From Deltaproteobacteria bacterium (GTDB lineage Bacteria > Myxococcota > Kuafuiibacteriia > Kuafuiibacteriales > Kuafuiibacteriaceae), in contig JAVJQW010000070.1 of NCBI GenBank assembly GCA_040218735.1, positions 1 to 64,000 on the forward strand: 64,000 nt of DNA. The letters run 5' to 3'. A model generated the notes under the pieces. It was given only the letters and a program-made list of their open reading frames with translations, made no database searches and had not been told where the DNA came from. This document shows, piece after piece, positions 60,698 through 64,000 of this stretch. Position 1 is the stretch's first letter; the number at the start of each line of letters is the position of its first letter. Both the position numbers and the translations under genes were made by a program.

Positions 60698-61336
60698 ATG
60701 GCAGAACTCGGGCACATCATCGAGACCGGCGGTCTCCCGATGATCTTCAACATCTTCTTCTTGATGGTCTCCATCGCCATCATCATCGACCGAACGATCG
60801 CGGTCTTCTTCCAGCTCAACCTCAACGGTGAGCGGTTCATGGCGCAGATCGAGAAGCTGGTGGTCAGCGACAACATCGACAAGGCCGTCAAGCTGTGCAA
60901 CGCGGCGCCGAAGGCCGCTCTGGCCCGTGTGCTCCGCGCCGGGCTGACGCGCGCCAACCGCGGCGTCCTCGAGATCGGCAACGCCATCGAGGAAGAGACG
61001 CTGGCGGTCACGCCGCAGGTGACCAAGCGGGTCTCCGCGCTGTGGTCGCTCGCGAACATCGCGGTCCTCGTCGGCCTGTTCGGCACGGTCCTCGGGCTGA
61101 TTCGCGCGTTCAAGGCGATCGGCTTCGCGGCGCCGGAGCAGAAGCAGGCGCTCCTGACGGCCGGTATCTCCGAGGCGCTGAACAACACGGCGTTCGGGCT
61201 GATGATCGCCGTCGTCTGCATCGTCGGGCACCTCGTGGTGAGCACCCAGGCGAAGCGCATCGTCGAGGACATCGAGCTGCACAGCCTCAAGCTGGAGAAC
61301 ATGCTCGCTCGGCGCGCCGTCGCCGAAGACCGCTGA
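60698..61336 (+). CDS. TolQ/ExbB-family channel (AglR-like)
   Basis: LANIAVLVGLFGTVLGLI; GISEALNNTAFGL. Confidence 0.9.
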   Translation: MAELGHIIETGGLPMIFNIFFLMVSIAIIIDRTIAVFFQLNLNGERFMAQIEKLVVSDNIDKAVKLCNAAPKAALARVLRAGLTRANRGVLEIGNAIEEETLAVTPQVTKRVSALWSLANIAVLVGLFGTVLGLIRAFKAIGFAAPEQKQALLTAGISEALNNTAFGLMIAVVCIVGHLVVSTQAKRIVEDIELHSLKLENMLARRAVAEDR

Positions 61337-61346
61337 GTCCTGATCC

Positions 61347-61979
61347 GTGGCGAGCTCGGACAACAAAAAGGGGTATCAGCGCGCTGATGCCACCGGGACG
61401 GGGACCTACTCCCACCAGGACTTCACGTTCGTCCGGAAGAAGCGCGGCAAGATCCACCATGACATGGGCGAGGAAGAGGGTGGTGAGCTCAACATCATCC
61501 CGTACCTCGACATCATCATCAATCTCATCATGTTCCTCCTGGTCGCGCAGGCGACCCTGGTCTCGCTCGGCATGATCGACGTGACCGCACCGAGCTACTC
61601 GATCGCGGGTCCCGCCGGTGGAGCCGGGGAGAAGACGGAGAAGCCGCTGCGGCTGACCGTCGGGATCGGTGGAGATGGGTTCTACGTCGCGGCTTCGGGC
61701 GGTGTCTTGGGGAACGAGGAAGGCACGGGTGAGCTGACGCCGGACGGCGTGGAGCGCACCAAGCCGACGATCCCGATGAAGGCGGACGGATCGTTCGACT
61801 ACCCGGCGCTCGCGCGGAAGCTGCGGGCGATCAAGAACAGCTTCCCGAAGACGACGTCGGTGTATGTGGCGGCGGACGAGAACATCCCGTACGAGGTGAT
61901 CGTGAAGACGCTGGACGCGTCCCGTGAGGACGCCAGCGGGCAGCTCTTCCCGAACGTCGCCTTCACCCAGATCAACTGA
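61347..61979 (+). CDS. ExbD/TolR-family protein (AglQ/S-like)
   Basis: ELNIIPYLDIIINLIMFLL; AADENIPY. Confidence 0.9.
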   Translation: MASSDNKKGYQRADATGTGTYSHQDFTFVRKKRGKIHHDMGEEEGGELNIIPYLDIIINLIMFLLVAQATLVSLGMIDVTAPSYSIAGPAGGAGEKTEKPLRLTVGIGGDGFYVAASGGVLGNEEGTGELTPDGVERTKPTIPMKADGSFDYPALARKLRAIKNSFPKTTSVYVAADENIPYEVIVKTLDASREDASGQLFPNVAFTQIN

Positions 61980-61987
61980 GCGAGCGC

Positions 61988-62554
61988 ATGACGAAGCAGG
62001 AATCCCAGCCGACCCAGCAGGCCATGTACGACGCTTCGCGGAAGCGTCGCGTCGGCAAGCGTCGCAACCGCGACCACGGCGAGGACATCACGTACCTCAA
62101 CATCACCCCGATGTTGGACATGATGACGATCCTCCTGGTCTTCCTGATCAAGAGCTTCGCGTCGTCCTCCGCGGACGTGAACGTCGCGAACCTCACCCTG
62201 CCCCACTCGACGACCAAGCTGGAGATCAGCGAGGCGTTGCAGCTGATGATCACGCCGAACGAGATCCTGCTCGACCAGAAGGTCGTCACGCAGCTCACGA
62301 ACGGCACCATCAACGCCGAGGACCTCCCCGAGGGGGCCAACGGGTACCTGATCAAGCCGCTGTACGACGTGCTCTCGTCGCGCGCCGACTACTTCAAGAA
62401 GATCGAAGAGTTCGGCGGCTCGCAGTTCGTCGGGAAGGTCGCGGTCATCGCGGACAAGACGATCAGCTACAAGACCCTCTTCAAGGTCTTGTACACCGCG
62501 GGCCGCGCCGAGTTCGGGTACTTCAAGCTCTTCGTCCAAAAGCCGAAGGCGTAG
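61988..62554 (+). CDS. ExbD/TolR-family protein (AglQ/S-like)
   Basis: LNITPMLDMMTILLVFL; IADKTISY. Confidence 0.9.
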   Translation: MTKQESQPTQQAMYDASRKRRVGKRRNRDHGEDITYLNITPMLDMMTILLVFLIKSFASSSADVNVANLTLPHSTTKLEISEALQLMITPNEILLDQKVVTQLTNGTINAEDLPEGANGYLIKPLYDVLSSRADYFKKIEEFGGSQFVGKVAVIADKTISYKTLFKVLYTAGRAEFGYFKLFVQKPKA

Positions 62555-62641
62555 CCCTTCTCAGAAAAGCCGAAGGCCTAGCCTTCTCAGAGAAACCGAA
62601 GGCGTAGCCTTCTCAGAGAAGCCGAAGGCGTTAGCCTTCTC
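62540..62641. repeat. Four ~26-nt tandem hairpin units between convergent genes (terminator- or REP-like)
   Basis: aagccgaaggcgtagcccttctcagaa / aagccgaaggcctagccttctcagag / aaaccgaaggcgtagccttctcagag / aagccgaaggcgttagccttctc. Confidence 0.85.
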
Positions 62642-62646
62642 CCCGC

Positions 62647-63303
62647 TCACGCCGTCTTGCGGCGCACGATCCCCACGATCTCCTCGACCACCTGGCGCTT
62701 CGTCTTCCCCGTGGAGTCGACGATCGCAGCGTCCTCGGCCGGGCGCAGCGGCGCGACCTCGCGGCTCTCGTCGTAGGCGTCCCGACGTCGGATGTCGGCG
62801 AGGACCTCTTCGAAGTCGGCGTCCGAGGATTCGTCGTCCTCGAGGCGGCGGCGTGCGCGCTCCTCCGCGGAGGCGGTGAGGAAGACCTTCACATCGGCGT
62901 CCGGGAACACGACGGTGCCGATGTCGCGCCCTTCGAGCACGGCGCCTTCGGGGTGTGCGCGGGCGAGCGTCCGCTGCATCTGGAGCAGGCCCTCCCGCAC
63001 GGCGCCGATCGCCGAGATGCGGCTGACGGCCTTCGTGACGGCGGCGGTGCGGATGTCGGAGGAGATGTCGCGGTCCCCCAGGTAGACGGTCCGACCCTCG
63101 AAGCGGAGCGCCTCGAGCTCAGGGAGCAGCGCCACCACCTGCCCGTCGTCGTCCCCGACGCCGCGCTCGAGCGCCAGGAGCGTGAGGGCGCGATAGATGG
63201 CCCCGGTGTTCACGCGCGTCAGGCCCAGCGACTGCGCGCACAGCTCGGCGATGGTGCTCTTTCCCGCGCCCGCAGGGCCGTCGATCGCAACGATGATCGG
63301 CAT
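62647..63303 (-). CDS. cmk: Cytidylate kinase
   Basis: IDGPAGAGKST, TGAIYR, EGRDIGTVVFPDA, RRDAYD..PL. Confidence 0.97.
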   Translation of the reverse strand: MPIIVAIDGPAGAGKSTIAELCAQSLGLTRVNTGAIYRALTLLALERGVGDDDGQVVALLPELEALRFEGRTVYLGDRDISSDIRTAAVTKAVSRISAIGAVREGLLQMQRTLARAHPEGAVLEGRDIGTVVFPDADVKVFLTASAEERARRRLEDDESSDADFEEVLADIRRRDAYDESREVAPLRPAEDAAIVDSTGKTKRQVVEEIVGIVRRKTA

Positions 63304-63479
63304 CGCCCGCTCGTTGTCGAACGCGGTGCGCGGGGGATCAAGCGCTTTCGGCCGCGATGCGTCGGGGGTGGCGCCAGGCCTCTGCGCTTCGTTCGTGAGG
63401 CCGTGGGGGATCAACAAGGAGGCGAAGAGACGGGGAGATGCTCCGCGCCCAACCGCCCGTCGATACGCCCACGACGGCG

Positions 63480-64000
63480 CTAGCGAATCAGGTTCACGCG
63501 CCGCGTGATGCGCTGATTCGGACCGACGTCGACCTCGAGCTCGCGCCTCAGGTTCAGCCGATCGTTCGACACCAGGATGACGTGTCGACCCGGTACGACC
63601 TTCCGGAACTCCACGGGGAGCGGCAGGCGCTTTCCATTCAAACGAACCACACTCCCCTGCGAAGGCACCGGGCGCACCGTGAGGTAGCCGAACACCTTGG
63701 GTGACAGCGCAAACGAGACCCGCGCGTTGTCGTTGGTTCCGACCGAGACGATGCGTGTGTCGTCGCCGTAGTTTTCACACTCGACCTTCACGGTGTGCGT
63801 CCCCGCCTTCGCCTCGTAGCCGGAGAGCGGCGACGTGCCGACGTAGGCGCCGTCCACGAAGACCGAGCACCCCGTCGGGGACGTGTCGACCTGGATGCGT
63901 CCGGGGGCGATCTGTCGTTCGTCGATCGGGAGATCGAAGAGGACGTCGCGGGTCTCGCCGTCCTGCACCACCACGACCTTGCTCTGCGCGAGGTGGCCCT
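63480..64000 (-). CDS. PEGA-domain protein, C-terminal part (probably a kinase; start outside window)
   Basis: VDTSPTGCSVFVDG..GTSPL; GRHVILVSN. Confidence 0.75.
   Translation of the reverse strand, partial: GHLAQSKVVVVQDGETRDVLFDLPIDERQIAPGRIQVDTSPTGCSVFVDGAYVGTSPLSGYEAKAGTHTVKVECENYGDDTRIVSVGTNDNARVSFALSPKVFGYLTVRPVPSQGSVVRLNGKRLPLPVEFRKVVPGRHVILVSNDRLNLRRELEVDVGPNQRITRRVNLIR

Noticed and set aside
60173-60698. Short ORFs or an RNA gene in the rpsA-tolQ intergenic region
   Set aside because: No recognisable protein, tRNA or rRNA motif; the region is explained by divergent promoters and leaders.
62540-62641. CRISPR array
   Set aside because: Units are contiguous with no unique spacers, and there are no cas genes in the window.

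Overview
GC-rich bacterial DNA, most consistent with Myxococcota or another deltaproteobacterial lineage (several ECF sigmas, Pkn kinases with PEGA domains, a caspase-domain protein and a TolQ-TolR-TolR motor). The window opens with an accessory segment: an IS21-family end inserted in a frameshifted sigma54-activator pseudogene, a SNIPE/PD-lambda-1-like DUF4041 GIY-YIG gene with a partner gene, and a K+ channel. Next come a histidine kinase/lipoprotein/ECF cluster, yfgM-bamB, a three-family Na+:amino-acid transporter operon with a hidden 30-aa membrane peptide, and an ExbBD-TonB-TBDR operon divergent from an ECF/anti-sigma/secreted-caspase operon. The main finding is a putative flagellum-independent rotary motor locus at 27.5-38.4 kb. 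It encodes an OM barrel, a TPR lipoprotein, MotA, MotB and a single membrane protein that appears to fuse a FliF-like ring domain to FliG M/C domains, with torque charges retained and the FliM-binding motif lost, followed by Glt-like envelope genes. The rest is largely housekeeping (tapT, yciO-like, purM, purN, ridA, rel, topB, rpsA, cmk). All calls come from motif recognition by eye; no searches were run.
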